Shown piece after piece: positions 1 through 14,000 of a stretch of DNA of 64,000 bases. Source of the DNA: Sphyrna mokarran (lineage: Eukaryota); assembly GCA_024679065.1 (NCBI GenBank), contig JAGIQG010000040.1, forward strand, positions 9,920,001-9,984,000. The letters run 5' to 3'. Numbering within the stretch: position 1 is the stretch's first letter; the number at the start of each line of letters is the position of its first letter. The position numbers and the translations under genes are program-made. Under the pieces are notes generated by a model. That model was not told the origin of the DNA and did not search any database. It worked only from the letters and a program-made list of their open reading frames with translations.

Positions 1-2747
1 AAAGTAATGTTGAATAAACAAATCTTTATGAACAAATGAGAACAGGCGAATGCATTCATTAAAGTGTGAATGAACGGTCATTGGTGAATTTCTGAACATT
101 TACAACATGTTCCTTATCTGCTGGGAAAATTTAAGTTTTGATGTTTATTTATTAATGCCACAAGTAGGCTTACATTAAGACTGCAATTAAGTTACTTTGA
201 AAATCCCTGAGTCGCTCCATTGTGGCGTCAGTTCTGACGCTGAGGGAGAATTAAGCCTGGCCAGTACACCTTACCTTCATGCGTTTTTGGATTGTGGGAG
301 GAAACTGGAGCGCCCAAAAGAAATACAGGCATACTCGGAAAATGTACAGACTGCGCATAGACACTGACCAAGTCAGAAACCGAACTGTGGCCCTGGGGCT
401 ATGAGGCAACAGAGCTAACCACTCTGCCACCTGGCACCCACCATTCCACAAGAGATGTATGATTCAAATTCATGACATTCTTATGCAAAGTAAGTCAATG
501 GAAAAAAAAACTGCTCCAGCTAAAGACATATCTCAGTCATAGCGTCACGGGAAAGGTTTTTGCTGTAGTCACACTTGAAATATTTCATTTTTGCAGACCG
601 GGTATGTGCAGTATAGTGATTATGTTGGAAGATTTACTCCAGCCAGCAATTTTCCATGTTCCATATGTGTCCATATCTTTAACATACTTTGGGCAATCTT
701 GCTAAGCCATTCAATATCGTCAGCATGGCAAGGACTATAGGATTTTGGTGATGACTGGTTTTACACCAAAGTTCCTAATATCTATTCATGAGCTCAAAAC
801 GGTAACAAACAACACAAATGTAGCTTAATGGACAGAACTTGTGGCACAACTAACCTTTTAAAAATTGTCCTCCTCGATCATCAGGAAAAGATGATATAGA
901 GAAAAGAATCCTATCTGATGTGTGTTGATTGTGAATCCATCATGTTCTGTAAATGGAAGGATGCAAGTGAGCATTTAGAAATTAACTTTATAAACATGAT
1001 ACATTTCACAAAACACATGCGGACCAAAATGCAAAATTTTTGTTCTTCCAGGACCACTGTATTCCAGAAATGATTTAAAATGAGTCTAAATGTAGATGCA
1101 CATTTTAAATTAAAAGATGAATAGAGAGTATGTGCCCTTGATTCGTGGCAGCATTTGACCGTTCGTAGCATCAAAGAGCCCGAGTTGAAATGCAGCACCA
1201 GTTCCAACTCCTCAGGTTACTGACACAATCTGCGTCCATATGAAGCAAGACTTAGAAAACATTCAGTCTTGGGATAATGGGTGGCAGATAACATTAATAC
1301 CATACAACTGACAGGCAATGACCCTCTTCAATAAGGGGGGATTCCAACCAACTCTACTTGATTCTCAGTTGGGCCGAAGGGCCTGTTTCCCATGCTGTTT
1401 TGTTCTTTGTTCTTTGAACAGTTAATGTGAATCAGAGGGAAAACAGGCTGGAACACAAAGGAAGATGATTTTGGTTGTTAATGGTCAATCATCTCAGGTA
1501 CAGGGCTTTGCAGGAATTCTTCAAGTCACTGGCATAGCCTCAAGCTTCAGCCATCATTAAAGTTCTATGTGTGGGATTTTCACTGATGATTGAACAACGT
1601 TCAGCACCGGTTCCAACTCCTCAGGTACTGACACAGTCTGCGTCCATATGAAGCAAGACTAAGAAAACATTCAGTCTTGGGATAATGAGTGGCAGGTAAC
1701 ATTAATATCATACAACTGACAGGCAATGACCCTCTTCAATAAGGGGGATTCCAACCAACTCCACTTGATTCTTAGTAACATTACTAGCGCAGTATCACTA
1801 ACTATCAATATCCTGGGCATTATAATTCGTGAAATTCTGAACTGGAACAGGCATTCAAATCCTGTGGCTAAAAGAGCAGGTCAGATGCCAGGAGTTCTGC
1901 GGCAAACAGCTCATTTCCTGAATTCTCAAACCCTGTCCGTCTTCTATAAAGCAAAATTGACAAATATAAACAAAAAACAAAGGACAGTATAGCAGATGAA
2001 CAGGCTCTTCTTCCCATCAAGACTGTTCCAACACAAATGTTTGAATATTCTCTGCTTGCCTAATATGTGCCACTCAAAAAGCTCAATGACATTCTGGAAA
2101 AAAAAATAGCTGTCTCGAAGAACAACCCACCCACCAGTTTCCGAAAGCTTGCCACCACATTCTCAAAAAAAATCGTTTGTCAACAAAAGTTGACTTTATC
2201 AGTGACTTCAAAACCCCATTACATAATATTAAATATGTTATATATCTGCTTATATTCAACTTGTCTCTGACTCTGCCTGCGTTTCACTAGGCCCTGTCTG
2301 GGTCACGTTCCAGGAGGACCCATCTAAGTTTTTTTCCCCCTGCAGTTGGCTTAGCATCATCTGTTCATGTAGGATGTTGGGTCCTGTTAATATTCTAAAT
2401 TCCTAAATTATGGCTGCATGTCTCTATTAATCTGACAAAAAGGCCGTGTCTTAATTATTACTGCCTCAGACCATTTAGCACTGTATACTAATTTGGAAAA
2501 GTTGCCTTCATTCATTACACATGGTTCTGTTATAGTTATTTTGCTAATAGTTAGTTAGATTTTAATAATCTAGGTCCTCTTTAAGTTAACGCTGCACCTT
2601 TGCATTATTTGATTATTTAAGACTATGTCACGCCTCAGTTTTATTGTACTTTGCAATACCTCCTAATTGCTGCATTGTCTGAATCTCAGTGTGTGTCAAG
2701 TCTCGGTCCTGTATCAACACTTACCACAAATAAAGTGGGTTCTGTCT
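1..2747 (+). repeat. Segmental duplication copy A (paralogue of ~59018-64000)
   Basis: Colinear, diverged similarity across unique DNA, a SINE and an old RT remnant. Confidence 0.9.
150..440 (-). mobile_element. HE1/V-SINE-like element
   Basis: tRNA-derived head and V-domain core (gtttcctcccaca) on the minus strand. Confidence 0.75.
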
Positions 2748-2831
2748 CAGTTTATATCAGTCAAGGTAGTCAATCAGCAATTATCACTAAACTCTGAACT
2801 CTGTCTCAGTTTAAACCTGTCTCAGGACTAG

Positions 2832-3300
2832 AACAAAGAACAAAGAGCAACACAGCACGGGAAACAGGCCCTTCGGCCCAACGAGCCCACGCCACCGTCC
2901 GAACGTCCTAATGACATATTCTTGTCTTTAGGCTATGCCTATTGTTGAAGATTCCCATATAGGGACCAATATAGGGACAATTTGTTACCCAATCAGCCTC
3001 ACAGCACATTTTTGGGATGTGGGAGGAAACCGGAGCACCCGGAGGAAACCCACGCAACCACGGGGAGAACGCGCAAACTCCCGCAGACACAGGCCCAAAT
3101 CCATGTGTCTGCACAACAACAGCGATAGTCTCTGAGCTGTCATGTTGCCCATCAGATGGTCCAGTTTAAGCATACACTGACGACGTGAAGCACTAGGCAA
3201 CTCCTGAAGCAACCTCCAAGAGCAGCTCTCGCACGACATGCCGCATGCATGCTCCTTGTTGGTCAACAAGGTGGACCGAATTGCCTGCGGAAACAAATAA
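2832..3300 (-). mobile_element. 3' part of a CR1/V-SINE composite element
   Basis: (GTTCTTT)n-type tail, V-core and spacer homologous to 30330-30770. Confidence 0.75.
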
Positions 3301-4249
3301 GACTTAATTAAACATGCTAAAAAACACTAAGACATTCCCGAGACGAAACTAAAAGATAGTCTACTACTTTTTGGTCCTCCCGATATTCAAACAGTCCTGC
3401 TATATCCCTCTATCTGCAGACCGCTCATGTGGCTGTATCAGTAATTATCACTAAGGCACTTGGCTCCATCTCAGTTCATATAAATCTCGGTCCAGTATAA
3501 TTAATTACTCGGTGCCATCTCAGTCCATGTCGCACGAGTTCCTATATCAGTAAAACTGCACTCGACACCCTCTTAGTTTTCTTTTCCTTGACAATGTCAT
3601 TTTTTTTTCTAAATAGGATATGGGTGTCATTGCAAGTTGGCATTTGAATATTCCCACATGTCACTCGGCACTAACTCATCTCGATTTTGTCGGATCAGGC
3701 CCCTACTTATATTAAAATACAATCTGGCTCTGTTAGTTCTCTGCGAGGCCACGTTATATTGTACTATACATTCTCTCTGGATATGTCATATTTGATACTG
3801 ATGCTGTATATATTTCACTAGCTGTGTCAGTGTTATTCATGCATTTAACAACACCATTGTTTGAATTATGTCTGTATCACTGCACGGTTCTGCGAGAAGA
3901 AGAGGTAATATGTTGGGATAAAAACATTACTACCCAGACAGGATCCAGAAAGGGGCAGGATCGGATCAACAGTATTTAGTTATTGCGGTCTTGGAGGGTC
4001 AAAGGGCCTTTTCCTGGTCTGTAATTTTCTTTGTTTTCTGCTCTTTGTTGACAGTGCATGCTACACAGGGCTTGGCATCCATTTTCAACGCAGCCAGAAG
4101 AAGTAAATTTCAGATATCACTTCTTCTTTTCTAGTGCCCAAAGCCTCATAGAATTTGCACTTGCAGAAGGATGCAGAGAATGGTATTCTCCCAACTGCTT
4201 TCATCATTACGGGCATTGGCCAGTGCAATAAAATCGGAAACCATGTTCA

Positions 4250-4600
4250 ATCTAATATAAACGTGAAGAGGATCAATTGCAGAAGCAAGACTGCATATAG
4301 TTCGATACAATCAGAGATAGATCTAAATTAATATGAACGGAGGCAACGTCTAGCTTAATATAAACAGAAACATAGTGATACATAATATAAACAGGGATAT
4401 TATCTAATTTAGTATAAACAGACAAACATCCAATTTAATATGAGTAGAGACAGATAATATAAATTTCTATGTGCAATACATAAAGTGTAAGGGTCCAATG
4501 AAAAATAAACAAAGGCATGACTTCATAATATAAGCTGGACAGAGTAAACTTACTGTGATATAAAGAGACTGGTTCAATCGCTATGAAATTTGTAGAGATA
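4250..4600. repeat. Degenerate ~26-27-bp minisatellite (taatataaacagaga-like)
   Basis: Recurring taatataaacag at ~27-bp spacing; similar tracts at ~2400-2830, 3400-3850, 7400-8350 and 13150-13800. Confidence 0.55.
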
Positions 4601-5350
4601 GCCGAATGTCCCATCAAAGACTTACAGGATAGGAGTAACATGGAGTTAGATGCATAAAGCTAAGTTCCCTCTGCATTGTCAAATTCAACAATGCCAAGGC
4701 AGGAATAGGATGAGATAGGATGAGTGAATCTCTCTCTACAGTATACAAATCAGCCACTCCCAGAACATTATACTGTCTAGAAACAGAGTGAGAATACCCA
4801 GACAAAGTCTGCCCAAACAAAATGAAGACAGAAAGAGCATGAACTCTTTGGTACGTAAAACCTCTTCTGCAATTTTCCTCTAGAGATTCAAGAGGCAGGT
4901 TTAAATTAGCGCTACGTACAGAGGAAAGACCCTCTATACAATTCCATAAAACACACCCAGGTCAAGTACAGCAGAGATAACATATGGATTAAATCTTACT
5001 TGACAAAGTCATATCAAATATTTAAAAGGCAGGTATGGAGAGTTGAGTTGCAAGGTAAATATTCCTCGACACTGTCCAGTTAAGTACTCAAAGAACAGAG
5101 ACAGCACCGGCTAAATATAGGGACAAGTCCTTAGGTACTGCCACATCGAATCCTTACTACTCTGTGGAGCCGAGGTTAGATACAGAAGAAAATATATCAA
5201 GCATTTCAAGATCATAGAATGTTCAATAGGTATCTTTGAGAGCAAGTTTCAGTCACGGATTCCAATTCTTTGAATTACATTCTTTTAGAAAACTATAACT
5301 CTGGCTGAGAGAATACATTAGACAGACATGGACTTCATGCTATAGAGTGA
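4600..5350. repeat. Degenerate ~65-70-bp satellite (gttagatacagagtaaa.ctccctctacactgtc-like)
   Basis: Repeated gttagat.caga / ccctct.ca / cactcccag motifs; another patch near 6480-6660. Confidence 0.5.
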
Positions 5351-6109
5351 AGACCATACCAGTGTGGAGACAGAACACAGAATCAGATAGGAGAAAGACC
5401 GAGAAAGAGATGGCACACAGGAAATTCCCACGAATAGATTTGCATTTGTTATTTTATTTCGGGATCAGAGGGAATATTTTCTAATTCTGAACATAAATAT
5501 CATCATGATGCTTTTTTCCCTCACAAAACCGATGAATAAATAATGTTGAAAAACAATCATTACTGGAATCCGTTGATTAATTTGCATGGTTGTCTCTATT
5601 TCTGTGCTGTGTTGGTGGGGAAATATTTGTTGTGTTTTTTTGTCAGTCAACAATCTAATTTGGAATTACTATTTTTGTATTTATTTACATAAATACCTTA
5701 CTGCTTACAACGAAATGTTCATGACAGCAAAACCAGATAAATCGTCACTTATTGATCAGTTTCAACTCAAAATAGTGATTTATTTTAAGAATATTAACAG
5801 TTGGTTCAAACTGAATAGAAACTTTTTGAACATACATAACAGCAGTTGCATTTAATTAAAGGAAGATAATACATTCCATTTCAGAATCAGTTCTGAAAGT
5901 TCTGATGTCACAATTAATGAAGTATCTGTGAACAGGCTGGTATTCCACTAAATGTTAATTTGATTGAGGATTTAATCTGTTTAAATAGACAAATTAAGTA
6001 AAAAAAAAATCTGATGTCTGAAGTATTCCTGTCACAAATAGTAATCACATTCACACGAGGGAAGAATAAAAAAAAATCCAGTGTGATTATCACTAAGAGA
6101 TACAATTAG

Positions 6110-6300
6110 CTTTGCTGCCTCCCAGGGGACAGGGAAGAGGGTTTGATTCTAACCTTGGATGACTGTAGGTGGTTTTCACATTCTATCCATATCCACTTGG
6201 ATTTCCTCCGAGTGCTCCAGTTTCCTTCCACAGTCCCAAGATGTGCAGATTAAGTTGATTGGCTATGATAAGTTGCCCTTTAGCGTCTAATGATGCGCAA
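6110..6300 (+). mobile_element. HE1/V-SINE-like remnant
   Basis: gctgcctc...ggtttgattc head and tttcctccgagtgctccagtttccttccaca core. Confidence 0.65.
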
Positions 6301-9156
6301 CATAGAATCATAGAATCCCAACAGTGCAGAAGGAGACCACTCGGTTCGTCAAGACTGTACCAGCTAATCCAGCAGAGCATCTAGATTAGTATAAAGAAAG
6401 AGCACATCTAGTTAATATGACAAAGTCTTCTTTAATATAAACTGACAAAGGGATTAGTTATTCAACAACAGCAGATAGAAGGTCACAGGCAAGTTGAATA
6501 TAGAGACAGGGCCTCGTACCCATCAAACATTCCAAGGGCAGGTGCAGGATGTGGTCGGGTACTGAATGTTAAGCTCCCTCCACGTTGGTGTAGCACTGGG
6601 GAGACACGAAGTGAATCTCCATGTCCATTCTCATATTCAAACATTCCCAGAAAATGTAGACTGTTTAGAAACAGTACAATGGCCATTACATCATTCATCA
6701 TTTCTTTGTTCCTCATTATAATTTCCCTGCATTCTGGGTCTAAGACACTTACATTTGTCTTAACCAATTCTTGTCTCTTCAGATATTGATACAAGCTTTT
6801 ATAATTAATGTCTATGTTCCCTGGGATTTTACTCTCAATCTCTATTTCCCCCGTCGATTATTTGGACTTTCTTTTGTTGAATTCTAAAACGTTCCGAAAC
6901 GTCAAGCTTGTGGCTTCTTCTGATAATTTTATGTGTCTTTTAACTAAGAAGTTACATTTCCTCTTCTGAAAGACATCCAAGAAAAAGTTGAGCTTTGACC
7001 AGAAATGATTTTCGCAGAAACATGATTACAGTGTGGATGTAACTCTATTTGTGATGAATGAATAAGTTTTAAACGGTTAAACTTTAAATACACATGATGT
7101 TTGTTTCAGCTTAATCAATTAACTGAGCTGAAATTCCCCAGTTGCCGGGGTAGCATTGGAATTTCTGTCCCCAGAGCATTACTTCAGGCTTCTCGAATAC
7201 TAGCTTAATAATGATATTGCTATATTACCCCTTAGACTGAAATATCATCACATTTATTAATGGAGTAACTGAACATTCAATACTGGGTCACAAGGCGCAT
7301 TGCGAGGTAACTTCTGGGAATTGAAGACATTACCATTTGACTCAGAAATTACGTTGTTTCCATTCTTAACTGATTACAGTTTGTGTTTTGGCATGGTGAC
7401 ATTTAACTCAGTGTGCCTAAAGTCTGAGATTTATGTCCAATATTACACTATACATTTATAGCACAAATGTATTACGAATGGATTTATGCTATATTCGGTA
7501 ATTTATTTCGTTATGTACACTAGGCCATCTCTCTATTTACGCTACGTTATTTCATCTCAATTAGTACTCGAATAGATCTCGGATCTGATAATATTACATC
7601 TGATCCCATCTCTGTTCACATGACAGAATTTGTCTCTTTACATTCCATCCGGGACCGGCTCTGTTAATTCAAATTACGACCATGTAAATGTCGCCTGGTA
7701 TTTAATTTTCGAAAGCAAGTCTCCTCCTAGCCTTGAATCTTATTCTGACACAATGAGAATAATTCATGGGAATCCATGTAAAAGTTCCATCAATTCACAA
7801 AATAACAACGGTGTTATCGAGTTTGACGTTAATTATGCATGAGCTGCACTATCAGAACAAATGAACACTTGGTTTGGTTCGCGTAGAACTGAGCAGTTTA
7901 TGGGAAATTTAGTACAGACGTTCAAAGTTCTGAATGAGAATGTTTTACTCATTAGGAAGAACCTCTTACCAACTGGCAAGAGGGCCAGTGCACAGAAGAC
8001 ATTGCTATGCCTCTTCATGTCCTGAATGTGACTCATTTGAATCATTATTGCAATAGATCTTACATTTGTTTATATTACTTAATTTGTGTTTTACCAGATC
8101 CAGTCTCTAATTATATGACAGAAGGCCTCGTCTCTTTTTACACTATATTCGGTCATTTCGCTCCTAATGCTACACTCGGCCACCGCGCTATTTACATTAG
8201 GTTCTCTCAATTAATGCGAGAGCAAACCACGGATTTGTTCATATTTCATCAGATCTCATCTCCTTTTTATATTACACAGGATTTGTCCCTTTGCATTGCG
8301 TCAGAATCTGTCTCTGTTAATCTAATATAAGACATATGCTGCCTGCCAAGATATTATCAATCCCAATATAATATGGGTGAGTCTGTCTGACAGTAATCAT
8401 TCTTGATTGGAAGAGTAGGTTTATTTTTTATTAGTTTCGATAAGTAGCTACGAGAATCACCTCATTGCTCTCTTATTGTGTGAGTATTATTTAGCTTGAA
8501 CGATATAACTATTTCTCAGTGATTTGTTGGTGTTATTGGACAGGTAATATATGAGTAATCTTGCAGTGCTTGTTGCAATGCCTTCAAGCAACCTCCGTTG
8601 TGATACGTCTTATTAGTTGAATATTCTGCTGCACTGTGTCAATTTGACACAGACTTTAGTGATAAAGATTGTTTCACCCGTCTTATTTGTAGTATTCAAC
8701 TGATACACTCATAGCGTGAGACAGAATTTTGTGCTCACAATATCGCCAGACGGATTCCCATTGATTAAATGTCTATCCACTCATTAATTCCTCATTGGTT
8801 TCAGAGAGAAATAAAACGAAGTGACTACAGAACAAGTGTTGGCAGTTAGGTTATGCTTGAATAGAATGTAAAAATATATTTTCTCTGCAATTTATATTGT
8901 TATCTTGTAAATTATTTTTCAGTTTGGGATGTCTTCATCTGTCTAGGCCCTAACCTTTCTTATTCCGTGCTTAAATCCCCTTATCTCTCTTACGTCTCTA
9001 AGTCAATTCATAAAACTGTTCCTTTATTTGCCATCCTGTCAGTAATCTGTTCAAATATCTCGTTGCTCAAAAACAAGATGGTGTGAATGCATGGGATCTG
9101 AGCAGAAAATGTCAGAAACACTCAGCCAATCATTCATCGTAAATGGAATGGTATTC

Positions 9157-9302
9157 ATCTCTCTCTCTCTCTCTCTGCCTCCCTCCCTCCACTCTCCGCT
9201 ATGGCCCTGCCTCTCTCTCTCTCTCCCTCTCTGTCGCTCTGTCTCCCTTTCTCCGCAGTGTTCCTGCCTCTATCTCTTTCTCTTTCTCTCCCTCTTTCTC
9301 TC
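9157..9302 (+). repeat. (CT)n-rich low-complexity tract
   Basis: Visible directly. Confidence 0.8.
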
Positions 9303-9919
9303 GATACACATTTGTTGCAGTCATTTACAGTAATGCATTAGGCCATGCCTCTTTATAAACTGAAGATGACTGATTTGAATCACTATTGCAGCAGATCTTT
9401 TAGGGTTTGCATTACATAATATGTCGTTTCATTTATTATTGAATGATGACATGCCGTGATAAATGCTACAAATCATCATTTATGAGTTTTTGTTCAGCCA
9501 AGAGGCAACTTCTCTTACATCAGGCTCCATCTCAGATATCATTGTGCTAGGCTCTATGCCACGCACTACTGAGCGCATCCGTGCCTTACTTTGTATTATA
9601 TTGGGCCCGATTAATATAGCCAACACTGTCTCAGCAATTGGTTTTCTATAAAGTGCCTCTGACAAATGGAAATGAAGGAGGAGCGAGCGAGATGAGAAGA
9701 TGGATATTAGTTTAAAGATGTAATATATCTGTGTCGATGAATAGGTTTGAAAAATGCATTTCGTGTTGTTAATCACTACTGGGTGTTGCATCGAATATCT
9801 AATTGCTCTCATATTGTGTGACATATTTTCTTGAAAGCCTCGAATGAAACTTGAAACATCCTCTTGTCCAAAAGAGATTGAGGAACATAATAAATGTATG
9901 CAAAGTTGCACTGCAAATG

Positions 9920-10110
9920 GACACTAAAAGACAATTCAGCGTGGTCATTCCAATCAACCTGTACATCTTTGGAATGTAGGGGGAAAGCGGTAAACCTGGA
10001 GGAAGCCCACGCACAAACGGGGTGATTTTACAAACGCCACATAGTTACACAAGGCCGAAATGGAACCTGTGTCTGTAACAGTGTGAGGTTCCAGTGCTAA
10101 TCGCTGTGTA
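9920..10110 (-). mobile_element. V-SINE-like remnant
   Basis: Reverse complement of the SINE head and V-core. Confidence 0.6.
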
Positions 10111-10289
10111 AATAATTCCTACTAACTTTAAAACCAATATGAGTAACGTATTCAGTATTTACTTGCACATTCTGTGTCGCAGTCAATACCTAAATTTAAT
10201 GAATTGTCTTGAGCGCCCTTGAATGTGATGTACAGCTGGCCATTCCGCTGCCAGTGCAATGCATCTTTCAAATGACACAGTGAACGTTT

Positions 10290-11091
10290 AATGGAGTTTA
10301 ATGTGGAAAAGTGTGAGGTACTGCACTATGGCAGAAATAATAAATATGTAGAGTATAGGGCTAATGGTAGGATTCTTAGTAGTGTTGATGAACAGAGGGA
10401 TCTTGGTGTATATTTGCATAGATCCCTGAAAGTAGGCAGTCAAGTCGAGAAGGTTGTTAAGAAGGCATATGGAGTCTTAGCTTTTATTGGTAGGGGGATT
10501 GAATTTCGGAGCCGCAACGTCATGTTGCAACTGTACAAAACTCTAGTGCGGCCGCACTTGGAGTATTGTGTGCAGTTCTGGTCCCCACATTATAAGAAAG
10601 ATGTGGAGGCATTGGAGAGGGTACAGAGGAGGTTTACCAGGATGTTGCCTGGTATGGAGGGCAGGTCTTATGAAGAGAGGCTGAGGGATTTGAGGTTGTT
10701 TTCGATAGAAAGGAGGCGGCTAAGAGGGGACCTAATCGAAACATATAAGATGATTAGAGGTTTAGATAGGGTGGACAGTGATAGCCTTTTTCCTAGGATG
10801 GAGAAAGCTAGCACGAGGGGACACAGCTTTAAATTAAGGGGTGATAGTTATAGGACGGATATCAGAGGTAGGTTCTTTACCCAAAGGGTGGTTCGGGAGT
10901 GGAATGCCCTGCCTGCAGCAGTTGTAGATGCGCCAAGTTTGGTGGCGTTTAAGAGGTTAGTTGATAAGTATATGGAAGAGAAGGGAATGGTTTAGTTTGG
11001 AGGGGCATTGCTTTTTATATTGGTCGGCGCAACATCGAAGGCCGAAGGGCCTGTTCTGTGCTGTAATGTTCTATGTTCTATGTTCTATGTT
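10290..11091 (+). mobile_element. Young 5'-truncated CR1 LINE (ORF2 C-terminus, 3'UTR, (GTTCTAT)n tail)
   Basis: Open 234-aa frame with [19 protein letters not shown] and FFTQRVV..WN.LP motifs. Confidence 0.95.
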
Positions 11092-14000
11092 TCTCTTACG
11101 CTTCAGACTGTACGTTAATCAGATAACTTTTATTCTCTCTCTCAGTCTCCATTAACTTAGTTACTCGGGTATCCAGGAGGCGGATCTGGCTACTCATTGA
11201 AAAAAATGTTTATGTATTTTTTGGTTAAGACATCTTGTGACTAAAAAGATGAAGCACAAAAGACTCATCAATGGAAAATTCAGTGTCGGAAACAAACCAA
11301 TTCATTCGCTTAAACCCCTCTCTTCAATTTCTCTCACACAACACCTAACACACTTAAACTTTCTATTTCAAAACCCCTCGGCGGGAAAGAAATGTTGCTT
11401 TAATTTTTCCTCTTTTCTCTCACTGAGAATCTTTAGTCCATTTCCCCTTCAATTAATCTACTTAAACCCTAAATCTGATCATTTTTGAATCATTAAAATG
11501 GGAATGGAGGTTAATGTAATGCTGACACCGGCAGCAATCTGTGTGAATGTTTTTCATGCTTTCATAGTGAGTTCACCCTCTCAGGCAGGAAGACTGTTCA
11601 CGGTGATAACACCAAACTGGGCCTGGTTGTTTCATTCTCAGGTAATACAACTTCCTGTTTCATGCTGCCGGTTCCAAACCGCACATCTCACTTCTGAGCT
11701 GAAAATAAACCCAGAGACCACAATCTGGTGAGAACATCTGTCAGTGCGGCCTATATCTGTCCACAGAGTCAGGGCAGAGTCACACAGATCACATTGCGGT
11801 GACATTTACAAATGAGACTGTTGCAATCTGTTCAGAGTTTCCATTCCCGGACATTATCGGAATGGTCAGTGGATTATTCACTGAGCTTCCCCGGGCTCCC
11901 TGGAAAGGAATGATAGCTGTCATCTTTTCTTGTTTGATCATCTTCTCTCCATCTATTATTTATTTTTGTGCTCCTCAGCTTTTATCTGTCAGCACCCTGT
12001 TCTTCTTTCTCCCCAAATCTCCGTTGTCTCTCTGTTAATCTTTTGAACACTTTAATTCGAGTTCAAAATAATGAAGTTGTGAGTGTGGTAATTAAAGAGA
12101 GAATATTTCTACGCGAAGGACGGCTGGTGGACAATGGGCAAAGATTTATTTTATTGAGCAGGGCGACAGAAATTTCATTATTTAGTTTCACACAACAGTT
12201 GTTATGAACTAGGATAAAGAGCTTGAAAGGCGGATGGAATTTGATTTCACGGTAACTTTGGAAAATAAATTAGATATATCCTTCAGGGAGTTAGAATTTG
12301 AAGGATTTTCGAGAATACGTCCATTTTAATGGTCCTTTATATCATTGTCCTTGCATCGTTTCTGTGTCTCCCCTGACCTTCATTGAGACTGAACAAAATA
12401 CAATATTTTACAGCTGTCTTTTTGTGCTAATCTTATTGTTTGACAGCACTTGCGCGAGTGTGTGTGTATGCGTGTCTGTGTGTGTGCGCACGCGCGCGCA
12501 GGAGGGCTTGCTGTGAGGGCGGGGTGGGGGGTGGGAAGGTGGACTATTCAGAAATTTAATTATTCAATTCTATTTACAAGCCATGGTTTTGAACAAATTA
12601 GCACTGGATTGAACTTGTTTCGGAAAAGTCCAATAATCCTTAACGTTTATTGCACTGTCCTTTTTTCCCTCCGATTATATTTTCATACTTAGTCTTTTCA
12701 GCCCTCACGTCTCCTAATTCTGCCTGTAAATGTGGACCTTTTTGTAAGAATGAGAAGGAATAGATGATTTTCTGTTCCTCTGATTACATTCACCATTATT
12801 ACTTCAGATTACAGAAAATTATGGATTGCGCCACGAATGTCCCACCTTGCGAATATCAGCTCTTAGTCAGGTGGAGTCGGTCACTCCTGCGATTGGTCAA
12901 CACAACTAATACGATCTGGTGTAATATAAACGAGGGACGGGTTTTGTGCAGGAATAGAAAGACATTGTAAAATGCGCAAATTATTGATACAACACCTGTA
13001 CTAATATAAATGCAGACTATGTCCAATTCAGTGTTCACTGAGAGCGTTTATAGCGTAGAACTAGCCAGCGTAATGTTTTCTCACATAGACAGAGACATGA
13101 AGTACGCAGCTGTAACAAAGTCAAGTTTTATGCCAATGTTCGCAGAAACAATGTGCACCATAATTTAAACTGAACATGAGCTCGAGTAATGCAATGTGCC
13201 ATGTGTCGAGTAATGTGTCATATCGACACTATCAGAATAAAGTTTATGATCAAATATGATATGTACAGAGATGTGACCCAGTGGAATAAAAAGTGAGGCA
13301 ATGAAGAGCGAAGCAATAATTTAGACAGGATAATGTATATAATGAACAATGGTATGGTTTAGCGAAGTACAAAGGAGAGATCATCTAAAGCAATAGAACT
13401 GCCACCGGGTCTTGTGCAATTTTGTCTGATTCTGGGTATTGTCTGATATAAACTGAGACACAGCGGTGCAATAATTTCAAACTAAGTCTTTAGATTGATA
13501 TGAGCTTTGACAGGGATGGAACAATAAACAAGTCATGAAATACGACAATAGAGACAGGATATTATAAACAGGGAGGCGGAATGGTGCAGCAGTGATTCAG
13601 ATACTGTCGATGTTTCTTTATACGTTGCAAGTTTTAGCAATGTAATATCAAATGAGATTTGGTGCAGTTTAGAAACAGCTGGGATTGTGTTGAGTACAGA
13701 ATCAACTGAGAATTATTATCATACATTCAGAAATATGAGTTTGCATCATAATAATGAATCTAGTTCAAGATGGTCAAAGATTGAATTTATTGCAGCAATA
13801 ACTGAGACGATCTGTTTCTCGTTGTGCCAAAGAGCAAGGTTTCACTGCCATCTCCTGGAAATTCATTGTTATTGCAGGTGTTGTGAAATGCTGATTTCAG
13901 TTGCTGTTTCTTTTTCTTTCATGGGCTGCATACACAACTGGCAAGGCCAGCATAATTTGGCAATAACACTCTGTATTCGGTACTGTTAATTCATTGGATT

